Below are positions 1-9,881 of a DNA stretch of 64,000 bases, one piece after another; position 1 is the stretch's first letter; each line of letters begins with the position of its first letter. The position numbers and the translations under genes are program-made. Source of the stretch: Patescibacteria group bacterium (GTDB taxonomy: Bacteria > Patescibacteriota > Microgenomatia > UBA1400 > PJMF01); NCBI GenBank assembly GCA_039934415.1, contig JBDTME010000001.1, positions 49,496 to 113,495 of the forward strand, given 5' to 3'. The notes beneath the pieces were generated by a model that was given only the letters and a program-made list of their open reading frames with translations, made no database searches and was not told the origin of the DNA.

Positions 1-514
1 TTAACTGCATGTGAGCTACATAAACGGACTTAAATTCGTGATTCAAGAACGCTTTCATCACCAGTGAGCTCATCGGTAGGCTATCACGGTATGAAATTGC
101 GTCGACGAATGGTGAAAAATCAGCATATAACTCAAACCCCATTCGACTTATGAATTGTTTAGCTTTCTTTCCAACCGAAATAAAAACGGAGTTTGGATGT
201 GACTCTCTCCACTGAAGGACAGCGCGGAATAAATTACTATTCAACCCTGCTACGAGTCCACGATCAGTGGAAACAACGACCATGAGGTCTTTACCTTCAG
301 ACTCTTTTGTTAAAAGTGGATGTGCCGTGGAATCAGTGAATTGAGAAATTTTTTGTAAAATGGTTTGAAGCTCAACAGCGTATGGTCTTGAAGACATTGC
401 TTGCTGTTGACTCTTCCTCATTTTACTAGCAGAAACCATCTCCATTGCTTTAGTGATTTTGGAGATATTTTTGGCGGATTTGATGCGTTGTTTAATGGCA
501 CGAGCATTTGGCAT
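1..514 (-). CDS. atpG: ATP synthase F1 gamma subunit, partial (C-terminus beyond left edge)
   Basis: Manual minus-strand translation from ATG at 514..512 gives MPNARAIKQRIKSAKNISKITKAMEMVSASKMRK, a canonical gamma N-terminus. It lies 3 nt downstream of atpA in operon order. Confidence 0.85.
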   Translation of the reverse strand, partial: MPNARAIKQRIKSAKNISKITKAMEMVSASKMRKSQQQAMSSRPYAVELQTILQKISQFTDSTAHPLLTKESEGKDLMVVVSTDRGLVAGLNSNLFRAVLQWRESHPNSVFISVGKKAKQFISRMGFELYADFSPFVDAISYRDSLPMSSLVMKAFLNHEFKSVYVAHMQL

Positions 515-517
515 AAC

Positions 518-2032
518 CTAGATCATCCATTCTTGATGAAGAGCATTGAACGAATTCAAGGCTTCGACTAGTGTTTTTTCTGTATCTTCTGTAATTTTTT
601 GTTCTTTGATAATTGATTCAAAAATTTGAGGATGTCCACCTTGAACGTATTCCAACAGTTCTGTTTCATATTGTTTGACTTTGGAGATTTCAACTTGATC
701 CAAGAAACCTCTGACTGCTGCGTACATGCTAGCAACTTCTTGCTCTACCGGAAGAACCTCATCCCAACCTTGTTTGAGAATCTCGTTAATGCGTGATCCT
801 CTGTCGAGTTGTTTCTTTGTTTTCTCATCTAAGTCACTACTAAATTGTGCAAATGCTTGTAATTCTCGAAACTGAGCGAGGTCTAGTTTGATTGATCCTG
901 CTACCTGTTTCATGGCCTTAATTTGAGCTGCAGAACCTACGCGGGAAACTGAAGTACCAATATTAATAGCTGGTTTCTGACCAGCATTGAATAAATCAGA
1001 TTCTAAATAAATTTGTCCGTCAGTGATTGAGATGACGTTGGTCGGAATGAACGCGGAGATATCATTTGCTTGTGTCTCAATGATTGGCAAGGCTGTGATC
1101 GATCCACCACCATGTTCACTATTTAATCGGCAAGCGCGTTCAAGTAAACGAGAGTGGAGATAGAAGACATCACCTGGATAAGCTTCACGACCCGATGGAC
1201 GTCGCAACAATAACGAAATTTCTCGATATGCTTGGGCGTGTTTAGTCAAATCATCATAGACGACCAAAACATCTTTACCTTGTCTCAAGAAATACTCTGC
1301 AACTGACACACCAGCGTAAGGAGCCAAAAACTGCATACTTGCGGCATCGGAAGCCGAAGCTGTTACCACAGTTGTGTATTCCATTGCACCACGTTTTTCC
1401 AACATGGCGATCGTTTGTGATAAGAAACTGCGTTTCTGACCGATCGCAACATAGATACAAATGACGTTTTGACCTTTTTGGTTAAGAATTGCGCCCAAGG
1501 CAATAGAAGATTTACCAGTTCCCCGATCGCCGATGATTAACTGACGCTGTCCTCGACCAATAGGTATCAACGCATCGATGCCTTTAATACCAGTTTGTAA
1601 GGAAACAGTAACAGACTGACGAGCCATGACACCTGGGGCGATCTTCTCCAAAGCCTCATATTCTTTGACAGCAATTGCTGGTTTTCCATCGACCGCTTGT
1701 CCCAAAGGATTAACCACTCGACCAATGATTTCATCAGAGACTCCAATGGAAAGAATTTGACCAGTTGATCTCACTTCCTGACCAGTAGAAACTTCAATCG
1801 AGTTTTCGAGCAAAACTACACCAACTTTATCATTTTTTTCTAAGTTGAGTGCAAGACCATAACTATTTTCACCTACAATGACGAGCTCTCCAGCTCGAAC
1901 ATTAGAAAGACCATCAACTTTGAGAATACCATCACCAAAAGCTGAAACGTGTCCAATCATTTCTGGATGGACAGCAAAATCAGTTGCTTTCAATTGTTGT
2001 GCGAGTGAGGAAAACAAAGATGTCTTTGGCAT
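518..2032 (-). CDS. atpA: ATP synthase F1 alpha subunit
   Basis: 504 aa. Walker A GDRGTGKS and the alpha signature regions are present. TAG stop. Confidence 0.95.
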   Translation of the reverse strand: MPKTSLFSSLAQQLKATDFAVHPEMIGHVSAFGDGILKVDGLSNVRAGELVIVGENSYGLALNLEKNDKVGVVLLENSIEVSTGQEVRSTGQILSIGVSDEIIGRVVNPLGQAVDGKPAIAVKEYEALEKIAPGVMARQSVTVSLQTGIKGIDALIPIGRGQRQLIIGDRGTGKSSIALGAILNQKGQNVICIYVAIGQKRSFLSQTIAMLEKRGAMEYTTVVTASASDAASMQFLAPYAGVSVAEYFLRQGKDVLVVYDDLTKHAQAYREISLLLRRPSGREAYPGDVFYLHSRLLERACRLNSEHGGGSITALPIIETQANDISAFIPTNVISITDGQIYLESDLFNAGQKPAINIGTSVSRVGSAAQIKAMKQVAGSIKLDLAQFRELQAFAQFSSDLDEKTKKQLDRGSRINEILKQGWDEVLPVEQEVASMYAAVRGFLDQVEISKVKQYETELLEYVQGGHPQIFESIIKEQKITEDTEKTLVEALNSFNALHQEWMI

Positions 2033-2036
2033 AGAT

Positions 2037-2252
2037 TTACTTCAGGTTCTGTTTCAATTGTGAGATTTTGGCTTCAAGTGTTGCGTCAAGTTGTTCAGAT
2101 GCAATGGTAACTTTTAAGCCACCAATTACTTTTTTGTCAATTTGTTCTTTGATCGTTATTGGCCCGTATTTTTTTTCGAGACCAGTTTTTAGTTGCTTGT
2201 TCTGAGCATCAGATAAAGCGACGGCAGTAGTAACAAGAACTTGAGTTGTCAT
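2037..2252 (-). CDS. atpH: ATP synthase delta (OSCP) subunit, C-terminal domain only (71 aa)
   Basis: It sits between atpF and atpA. The sequence aligns to the C-terminal ~65 aa of bacterial delta (pattern LxxxQxKxxxxxLEKxxxxxIxxxxxxDxxVxGGxxVxI). The N-terminal alpha-binding domain is absent. Confidence 0.6.
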   Translation of the reverse strand: MTTQVLVTTAVALSDAQNKQLKTGLEKKYGPITIKEQIDKKVIGGLKVTIASEQLDATLEAKISQLKQNLK

Positions 2253-2257
2253 AATTC

Positions 2258-2743
2258 TTAGAGAGATTTAAGTACTTCGGCAATACCTTGATCAATCAAT
2301 TTGCCGTGTGTTTTAGTATCAATAGATTCACCGAGCACTTTTTCAGAAATGCTGAATACAGCCTCTGACATTTCTTTTTCAAGGTGTTTAATCATCTGCT
2401 GTTTCTCTTGCAACCATTTACTTTTTTCATCACTCAAGAATTGTTGCACTTCCGTCTTTGCTTTGCTCATCAGCTCATCTTTTTTCTTGTCAGCCAATTT
2501 TTTGGTTTCTGCCAAGAGATCTGTGGCTTCTTTTTTGGCCTGGTTTAAGGATTTTTGAGTCATCTTTTCTGTTTCAGCTTTTTGTTGAATAAGCTGCTCT
2601 GCTGCCTGTTGGGAGTCTTGAATTTTTTTACTTCTCTCATGGAGTGTCTTAAGTACTGGCTTGTACACTAGATACAAGAGTGCTCCAAATACCACGCCGA
2701 AATTAATCAGCTGGAACAGAATTTGTGAAAGTTGAATATTCAT
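2258..2743 (-). CDS. atpF: ATP synthase Fo b subunit
   Basis: 161 aa with an N-terminal TM helix and a long charged coiled coil. Operon position. Confidence 0.8.
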   Translation of the reverse strand: MNIQLSQILFQLINFGVVFGALLYLVYKPVLKTLHERSKKIQDSQQAAEQLIQQKAETEKMTQKSLNQAKKEATDLLAETKKLADKKKDELMSKAKTEVQQFLSDEKSKWLQEKQQMIKHLEKEMSEAVFSISEKVLGESIDTKTHGKLIDQGIAEVLKSL

Positions 2744-2772
2744 ACATTCCCTTTTTTAAGATTGCAAAAAGC

Positions 2773-3033
<261 letters not shown>

Positions 3034-3037
3034 TTAT

Positions 3038-3934
3038 TTAATGTTCGTCGTGACTAATGGTAGCAGTGTTGAAAAAGACGAGTGACAACATTGCAAAGAC
3101 CAAAGCCTGGATTGCCCCAACAAATAATTCAAGGCCATAAAATGGCATAGGAACGACTACTTTGGTGAGGTATGTGATGACAATGAGTAACACTTCTCCT
3201 GCAAAGACGTTTCCAAATAAACGGAAGGCGTATGAAACGACTTTGGTAAACTCTCCCATTAATTCTAACAATCCAACAAAAGTCATGATAGGGTTTGAAA
3301 AATTAAAGAATTTTTTAAGATATGAGAATCCAACGTATGAAAAACCAAACACTTGAGCCATGATCTGGGAAATGATAGCGAGTGCTATCGTCATGTTCAA
3401 ATCTGCAGTACCAGCACGAAGGTATGGCACAAAGACTTTGGTTGTTGAAGTTGGAGTTGATTCAATCTCTGCTGCTGCCGCTGTAGGCATCTCTGGCTCT
3501 TCTTGTTGAACATGCCCATCTTCAGCTGCCTGTACAACAGGCACTATTGATTGTGCAGTTCCATGATTTGAAGGTTCTTCCTCGTAGAATCCAATTGAGC
3601 CTACTCCTGGTAGCAGACCGAACCAGTTATTTAGACAAATGAAAATGAAAAAAGTTGCGATGTATGGAAAGAAGAGTTCAGTTTTCTTTTTTGACTGTGT
3701 GACGCCTTGAACTAAGCCGTACAAACTTTCAATGATCATTTCAATGATGTTGTGAAAGCCTTGAGGTTTTGAACTTGGCTTATAGGTGAGGTAAAAATAG
3801 ACTGCAGTTGCAAGAATGATGCCGGTTACGAAGACACTTGCGAGCATCGAGTTAGTAAAAGGAAAGCCCCCTATGTGAGTTATGGTTTCGGCAGAGATTG
3901 AGATGTGAAGGCCAGCAGCCATGAAGCTCTCCAA
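3038..3934 (-). CDS. atpB: ATP synthase Fo a subunit (with ~50 aa acidic loop insertion)
   Basis: Multi-TM protein with the conserved Arg region near the C-terminus (FRLFGNVFAGE). Operon position. Confidence 0.85.
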   Translation of the reverse strand: MESFMAAGLHISISAETITHIGGFPFTNSMLASVFVTGIILATAVYFYLTYKPSSKPQGFHNIIEMIIESLYGLVQGVTQSKKKTELFFPYIATFFIFICLNNWFGLLPGVGSIGFYEEEPSNHGTAQSIVPVVQAAEDGHVQQEEPEMPTAAAAEIESTPTSTTKVFVPYLRAGTADLNMTIALAIISQIMAQVFGFSYVGFSYLKKFFNFSNPIMTFVGLLELMGEFTKVVSYAFRLFGNVFAGEVLLIVITYLTKVVVPMPFYGLELFVGAIQALVFAMLSLVFFNTATISHDEH

Positions 3935-4014
3935 AAATGAAAAATTCCCTAATACAGGAATAACGCCATTTTACAAGACATTTTTTTGTTTTGCAACACT
4001 CAAGCCCGAAGTGT

Positions 4015-5856
4015 TTACTCGTTGAGTATGACTACAACATCATACTTATCATCAGGGTTCTCTTTTGCGCTCATTTCTTTTTCGTCAAATGAGAGCTCCG
4101 TTACTTTTTCTAGTTCGGATTTTGCGCCTGCTAGATCAGGTTTTGCGAACATAATATAGGTACCTGTCTCGTACTTATCTTTTGCGTTACCAGCGACGAC
4201 ACTATTGGCGCCAGCTTTTTTGATGGCTGCAGCTGTTTTCCCAGCCTTGCCTGCAATTGAAGTTGCATTCAAAATGAGTACATCCAGTTTCTTCAAGTCG
4301 ATTGGAGGCGCTGTTGGTTCAGGCGTTGGTGTTTTCTCATCAGGTGCTTCAGTAGGACTGACAGAACTGATGGGGGTTTGTAAAGGAGAATTGTTTTTGT
4401 CTGATAGTGCTTGTTGAGAAATTACTATTCCTCCTCCAACGAGTGAGATGGCAAGTGCAACTCCTAGTGTGAGTAATAGATACCTAAACACATTCATTTT
4501 CTTGACAGGCTTTGTGGTGGTATTCGTTGATCGTGAAACTGTTGTGGTTGTACCTGAATGAACGACGACTTTAGCTGGTGCTTCTATAGTCTTAGGAGCG
4601 ACTTCCTCTTTTTCAATGGCTGCTCTAGGTGAGTTGCTCGATGTCATAGTAGATTCTGCCAACAATTTGGGAACAGGCATGACAGTTGGAGCTGGCATCT
4701 TGGGCGCTTCAAGGGTTGGTTCATCGACAGATTCAACCACTTTCTTGACTTCGATGCTGGTTTTTACTTCAGTCTCTGTTTCCACCTGAGGTTTGCTTTC
4801 CTCCTCTGCCGTCTCGTTGGCCTCGACTGTTTCTTTTTGAGTTTCTTCTTCTTTTTCTTCCTGTTCTTTCTTTTTCTCCTCTGCTTTGACTTCTTTCAAG
4901 ATCTCGGCAATAGGTTCAACTGTTTCTTTTTCCTTGATGTCTTCAAGTGCTTCTGCAACTTCCTTCATTTCCTTTTTCTCTTCACTCGTCTTTTTTTCAG
5001 CTCTAGGTTCTGCATTTTGTATCGAAAAATGTGGTAATGGGAAATCATTTTCAACGACTTCTTTAACACCTTGAGTTAAAGCTTTGAGAAAGAATGGTGT
5101 ATCGAGTTCAGATTTAATATCTTTCACTTCTACATCTTGAATTGGTAGTACTTCTGTTAAGTCCTCCTTTAAAGAAGAGAGAGTGTCGGGATCAGCACAA
5201 ATGTAAATGTGTTGGATGTGCGGACGTTCTTTTTTCAGCGTCTTGACGGTGTTGATTAATTCTTTTGCCTCATCGGACTCTAAATTCTGAGCAAAATCAA
5301 CTCCAATATAATGAGAAGTCAATAAAAAGCTTTGAGGAGTTGCAAGTAAAAATAACGATGGATCAACTGAAACGAATGCTTTGACAACAAAACTCGCTGG
5401 TATGATTGACTCAATTTTTACTCCGGTCTCTTCTGAGGCTTCTGCAAGTGTGGCCAAGTTTGCCTTTGTCATGGCAGTGATTTGAACAGTTTGCATCTTA
5501 GATGTTTTGGCCAGATCTACTGTAACGATATGGAGTGGTTCTTTTTTATCAGCGAACACTGTTGAGACGGTTTCTTTGATCTCTTCTTCAATGTTCTTTT
5601 TGGCATCCAAAACGTAGTCCGAAATGTGGTGGTAAAAGATATCGTCTGAAGCCACTAGGTGAATTGATTTTTGTTCTAGTGATTTAAGCGCGTGAACAAA
5701 ATTCTCTTTATTAATAATGCCTTTTTCAATTAAGGGGAAGTCTATTCGAGTTACATCTTTGAGTTCTTGTTTTTTGCTATCCCCTTCGAGAATCGCGAAA
5801 AAAGAAGGTTCTGAAGCCAGATATAAGATGGAACTGGGAAACTTGAATGCAGGCAT
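4015..5856 (-). CDS. Single-pass membrane protein: N-terminal cytoplasmic domain, E/K-rich linker, TM, Pro/Thr-rich spacer, C-terminal LytR_C domain
   Basis: 613 aa. TM helix LLLTLGVALAISLVGGGIVI. The C-terminal ~90 aa (LDVLILNATSIAGKAGKTAAAIKKAGANSVVAGNA...) matches the LytR_C fold pattern. The linker is a long EEKKKE repeat. Confidence 0.6.
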   Translation of the reverse strand: MPAFKFPSSILYLASEPSFFAILEGDSKKQELKDVTRIDFPLIEKGIINKENFVHALKSLEQKSIHLVASDDIFYHHISDYVLDAKKNIEEEIKETVSTVFADKKEPLHIVTVDLAKTSKMQTVQITAMTKANLATLAEASEETGVKIESIIPASFVVKAFVSVDPSLFLLATPQSFLLTSHYIGVDFAQNLESDEAKELINTVKTLKKERPHIQHIYICADPDTLSSLKEDLTEVLPIQDVEVKDIKSELDTPFFLKALTQGVKEVVENDFPLPHFSIQNAEPRAEKKTSEEKKEMKEVAEALEDIKEKETVEPIAEILKEVKAEEKKKEQEEKEEETQKETVEANETAEEESKPQVETETEVKTSIEVKKVVESVDEPTLEAPKMPAPTVMPVPKLLAESTMTSSNSPRAAIEKEEVAPKTIEAPAKVVVHSGTTTTVSRSTNTTTKPVKKMNVFRYLLLTLGVALAISLVGGGIVISQQALSDKNNSPLQTPISSVSPTEAPDEKTPTPEPTAPPIDLKKLDVLILNATSIAGKAGKTAAAIKKAGANSVVAGNAKDKYETGTYIMFAKPDLAGAKSELEKVTELSFDEKEMSAKENPDDKYDVVVILNE

Positions 5857-5909
5857 AGCGTATTTATAGCAGTTTTTGATAGAGGGGTGTAGGGGGAATT
5901 CAAATTTTT

Positions 5910-6947
5910 TTGACTATTTTGATACCATATGATATTCTCTCGGTCGAGATGAAACGATATTTTTTCCTCCGACTCCTTCTGTTTTTTTTCGTTACTTCTG
6001 TCTTTTTTTCCCACGTAACCGTAGTATCTGCGTCGACCTCAGTTAATGATCTCGATCCTACACAAGATTATTCGGTACATACTGCTCCGATCGTGAGTAC
6101 TGAACCTCAGAAGGTCAAGCAAACTGAAAATGAAAAGAAAACGAAGACCAGTAAAGAAGTAAGTAGTCCTCTTCCCACTGCTCAAAATAATCAAGCGACT
6201 CCAATTCGCTCGCCATTTACTCAATTTGTCGATGCACTGAGTTCAACTATTAATAGTGTGGGTCATCTGTTAGGCCAAATTGGTCAAGGTATTGCTTCCA
6301 CTGTCCGTATCAGTATTCCAAGCATTTTGGGATACGTGACCCAACATGGATCGCGTATTACATTGGGAGTGGCTGTTTTTTCATTCACTACTGGAGCTGG
6401 AGTGTCCATTTTTAATAGTGAACTTGTCATTGATACTTTCAGACGAACATTAACAACAGCAACAAATTTGCAAGTGAGATTAATAAGTGTGGTTGCTGCT
6501 TTAGTTTTTTCTGCCACAACAGGCAGTTTTTGGTTAGTGTCATATCAACAGCAAATCGCTTTTTTTGAGCAGTTGACTGGCAGGAAATTAAACCCTATCG
6601 GCCAGGATTTATTGTTTGTAGGTGGCGTGTTGGGTATGTATTTGTTGATCATGGGAAGTGGTCCTCTTTTGGCTTTCACTAAATCGGCGGGAACATCAAT
6701 ACTTGCTTTACTACCCGGTGGAAAAAAAATTGCTAAGTATTTCACGACAGAAACGAAGTCAGCATTTATTGAAACAGAAAAAGAGTGCAAAGAAACAGTT
6801 AGTAAATGTTCAAGTCTTTTTGACAAAACAATCATATTAGCATTTAACTATTTGCCTGGGACCATGCCTGATTTAGGTATGGACGATGCAATTATTCAGT
6901 TTAAAAATAATTTGTTCAAAAGTCCACAATTAGAGAAGAGCAAGTAA
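5910..6947 (+). CDS. Hypothetical secreted/integral membrane protein (signal peptide plus 3-4 TM)
   Basis: Signal-peptide-like N-terminus (an alternative start at 5949 gives MKRYFFLRLLLFFFVTSVFFSHVTVVSAS). Hydrophobic helices lie in the central part. No recognisable domain. Confidence 0.5.
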   Translation: MTILIPYDILSVEMKRYFFLRLLLFFFVTSVFFSHVTVVSASTSVNDLDPTQDYSVHTAPIVSTEPQKVKQTENEKKTKTSKEVSSPLPTAQNNQATPIRSPFTQFVDALSSTINSVGHLLGQIGQGIASTVRISIPSILGYVTQHGSRITLGVAVFSFTTGAGVSIFNSELVIDTFRRTLTTATNLQVRLISVVAALVFSATTGSFWLVSYQQQIAFFEQLTGRKLNPIGQDLLFVGGVLGMYLLIMGSGPLLAFTKSAGTSILALLPGGKKIAKYFTTETKSAFIETEKECKETVSKCSSLFDKTIILAFNYLPGTMPDLGMDDAIIQFKNNLFKSPQLEKSK

Positions 6948-6979
6948 ATCAAGAAACATGGTAGTGATAGAATGAAAAC

Positions 6980-7732
6980 ATGTTACAAAAACAATTTCAG
7001 CGGGTTGGGCAAATGGATGATTCGACTTGTGGACCGGCAGTGATGCAAATGTTGTTGGACTACTATGGCATCGCTGTAACTCAAAAGGATGTTGTTCATG
7101 CCGCTGGTGCTGATGCAACTGTTGAGGAAGAAGGCACCAGAATTGATCAACTATCTACTGCACTCCGTCAGTTGGCTCCGAATTATGCACTTTGGTATAA
7201 AGAAGACGCTAGTATTGAAGATATGGTGTCATTGATTGATGAACACCAAGTGCCAGTGGTGGTGAACTGGCAAGGGCTCTTTTACGACACCCTCAAGGAA
7301 GAAGCGAAGTTAAGTACGGCTGTTACTCATGGTCACTATAGTCTTATTACTGATGTAAATGTTCAGAATGACACGATAACGATGGTTGATCCCTTTTACG
7401 AATTTGTAGAAAAGGATCGCATTTTTCCCATTGATTGGTTTAAAAGTCGGTGGTGGGATGTCGACTATAAGACCGATGCAGCTACTCATCAAGACATTGC
7501 CTACTACACTTCTCGTCTTTTATTCATTGTTGTCCCTGCCAAAGAAACATTTCCTAAAAAAGTGGGAATGACGCAAGTGCCAACAAATTATCTCCAGCAA
7601 AAATTTGAGAAAGCGCGTTTGAGCCACTCACATCATCCTCCACTGGAACCAAAAAATAGAATACAGTTTTTATGGAATTACATACTGAACTTTAGAAAAG
7701 TCATGAAGGAAGGTGGAGAGTTAAGTAGGTGA
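6980..7732 (+). CDS. C39-like (papain-fold) cysteine peptidase domain protein
   Basis: N-terminal Cys in DDSTCGPAVMQML and a downstream His in THGHYSLI match the Peptidase_C39_2 pattern. No signal peptide. Confidence 0.6.
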   Translation: MLQKQFQRVGQMDDSTCGPAVMQMLLDYYGIAVTQKDVVHAAGADATVEEEGTRIDQLSTALRQLAPNYALWYKEDASIEDMVSLIDEHQVPVVVNWQGLFYDTLKEEAKLSTAVTHGHYSLITDVNVQNDTITMVDPFYEFVEKDRIFPIDWFKSRWWDVDYKTDAATHQDIAYYTSRLLFIVVPAKETFPKKVGMTQVPTNYLQQKFEKARLSHSHHPPLEPKNRIQFLWNYILNFRKVMKEGGELSR

Positions 7733-7740
7733 AGTTTCTG

Positions 7741-8940
7741 TCACTGCACCCATCGTGGTTTAGAGATTCTTGTAGAAGATTCAACGTTAATTATAAGTGC
7801 TGGTTCCCAAATTCCATTTGCTCCCCGTCGGAGTATTTGATTTTCTGGTACAAGTATTGGAAGGTTATTGTTATCCCGACGTACTTCTCCATTTTCTTCA
7901 AAATCAAGTGTGATATTGTTTGGTACTATTTTGTAATGAGCATCATCCACTCTAATTGGATGCAGGTGTTGAGTTTGGTTGTCATAAATTCCAATGATCT
8001 CAACAGCAAAACTGTCGTGTAAAATTATCCTTAAAGGAGTGGGTTTTTGATCAAATCGTTGAAGGTAAGAAGCCGATGGTAATAGCTTCATTGCTTTTTC
8101 CAAATCCATCATTTTTTGTAAAAAATCTTGAGTCAATTCTCGCAAAGAAGTTGTTCTATTTTGCCACGCTTTTATTGTTTCCTTAGATTGACCTGTTTTT
8201 AGTGCCAAATTATTTACTTGAGATACAATAGATAAATTGTCATTCATAAGTCGTAATGAATTGGCAATTGCTGCCAACCGAACAGACTCTTCTGAGAAAC
8301 GAATCGTGACACTGGAATTGCTTTGAAAAGGGACAATTTTACGCCAGGTAAACTCACTTACTTGGATCTCAGCTTCCTGTAGGCAGGTTTTCACAGATTT
8401 CACTGTGCATTCGGTACTCTGCTCACTGTTATTCTTTAACCATTCTCGTGTCATCAACCTAACTTGCAACCAGAAATTATGTTGGGCTCTTTCTTGCAAA
8501 TGATCGTTTAATATTTGTGTTGCATTCTGTTCAAGTGTCTCCTCAGCATTTTCTCTGTACCCATCTTGTTTGGATAAACTACTCACTTTTGGTTTAATTA
8601 ATTTATTAAGACCTTTTAGTCCAGGTCTTATAGATAAAAGATCTAGTTCTGCCGCTTTGATAATTTCTGGCAAAAGTTCATGTTGAGCTGCTAAAAGTGC
8701 TCTGAGTTCTGGTGAGATTTCAGTAGAGAAAGGGACAGATTCATGTAGCCAAGCTGTTGAACGAGCGACAAGTTTTGTTAAATCTCCGAGTATTGTTAAC
8801 GCAGGTGGCGTCTCGTACAGTTTTTCTATTTGTTCCATGAAGTGACGCAATATCTTACTTTCTTCGTCTGGAGAAAATGAAACATCAGCATCTTGTATCC
8901 AACCAAAAATACGATTGTCCTTATCTTCATATGAATTCAT
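7741..8940 (-). CDS. Hypothetical protein (399 aa, soluble)
   Basis: Long ORF in a low-GC block. No TM segments and no recognised motif. Confidence 0.5.
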   Translation of the reverse strand: MNSYEDKDNRIFGWIQDADVSFSPDEESKILRHFMEQIEKLYETPPALTILGDLTKLVARSTAWLHESVPFSTEISPELRALLAAQHELLPEIIKAAELDLLSIRPGLKGLNKLIKPKVSSLSKQDGYRENAEETLEQNATQILNDHLQERAQHNFWLQVRLMTREWLKNNSEQSTECTVKSVKTCLQEAEIQVSEFTWRKIVPFQSNSSVTIRFSEESVRLAAIANSLRLMNDNLSIVSQVNNLALKTGQSKETIKAWQNRTTSLRELTQDFLQKMMDLEKAMKLLPSASYLQRFDQKPTPLRIILHDSFAVEIIGIYDNQTQHLHPIRVDDAHYKIVPNNITLDFEENGEVRRDNNNLPILVPENQILRRGANGIWEPALIINVESSTRISKPRWVQ

Positions 8941-9038
8941 AGAGCGGTATTGTATATCAGAGGGGTGAATACATCAAAATAGGTGTTTGAACTAAGGTTA
9001 GATGTCACAAAGAACGAAACTTATTTTATAATCAAACT

Positions 9039-9722
9039 ATGAATGAAACTTTACCAGTAGAAAGACATAATAATGAGCATGGAATAACATTTCTTGAAAG
9101 ATTTAGAGGAGCAGTTGAGAGAATTGATCAAAATAGACTACTGCTTGATACAGGAGAAATAATTGATAACATTGGAAATCTTTGGGGATACAGAGTATAT
9201 AAGGGCCTGCCCAGAGAAGATGTCGACGATACTGGTAAACTCAAATCGTCCTGGTCTTCAAGAGCCGAATATCTAGATGCACTGAAAGAAAGAATTACTA
9301 CATTAGAAGAATTGGGTACTAATCTTGTTGAAGATAAATGGAAATTTCGAAATAATATGAGCCTTTTCGAACAATTAGCCGTTTGTCAGTCTGGGTTATC
9401 TTCAAGTGATAATTTTGCTGGGTCTTGGACAAGAGATCCAATTGAAGCAATAGGATTTGCCGAATGGCCTAGTAGTAACTCAGGAGTTGTGTTGCAACGT
9501 GATATCCCAACCGGCTTATGTGTCTCCCAAGAAGCACTCAAGCTGAGAGAAGGAGCTAAAAACAGTAGCCCTTATCCGTTAGAGAACCGACCGGAGAGAG
9601 AAAAGGAGATTTCAGTTTTTGATTTTATAGATCTAACTGATTCCTCAATAATAAAGCACGATAGTGCTCAACTAAAAAGACAAGTAAAAGTACCCAGAAA
9701 AAAACTCAGAAAAACTAATTGA
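9039..9722 (+). CDS. Hypothetical protein (227 aa)
   Basis: ORF divergent from the 399 aa gene. Very AT-rich. No recognised motif. Confidence 0.45.
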   Translation: MNETLPVERHNNEHGITFLERFRGAVERIDQNRLLLDTGEIIDNIGNLWGYRVYKGLPREDVDDTGKLKSSWSSRAEYLDALKERITTLEELGTNLVEDKWKFRNNMSLFEQLAVCQSGLSSSDNFAGSWTRDPIEAIGFAEWPSSNSGVVLQRDIPTGLCVSQEALKLREGAKNSSPYPLENRPEREKEISVFDFIDLTDSSIIKHDSAQLKRQVKVPRKKLRKTN

Positions 9723-9881
9723 TTTTTTTATACATATCAACGTATGTTCGCGTATATGCGAACCCCTAGAGCTTTCGCATCCGAACCAGATTATTTCTAA
9801 TCTTGTAGACTTGTTGAATACTTTCTTACCTGATGTGAAACAACTTGGGTTTAACTACTCCGTATAGGGATTTGAACTTGA

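Noticed and set aside
4837-5074. Two plus-strand ORFs (66 and 62 aa) rich in Phe/Ser/Leu
   Set aside because: Antisense reading of the EEKKKE low-complexity repeat inside the 613 aa minus-strand gene. Compositional artefact.
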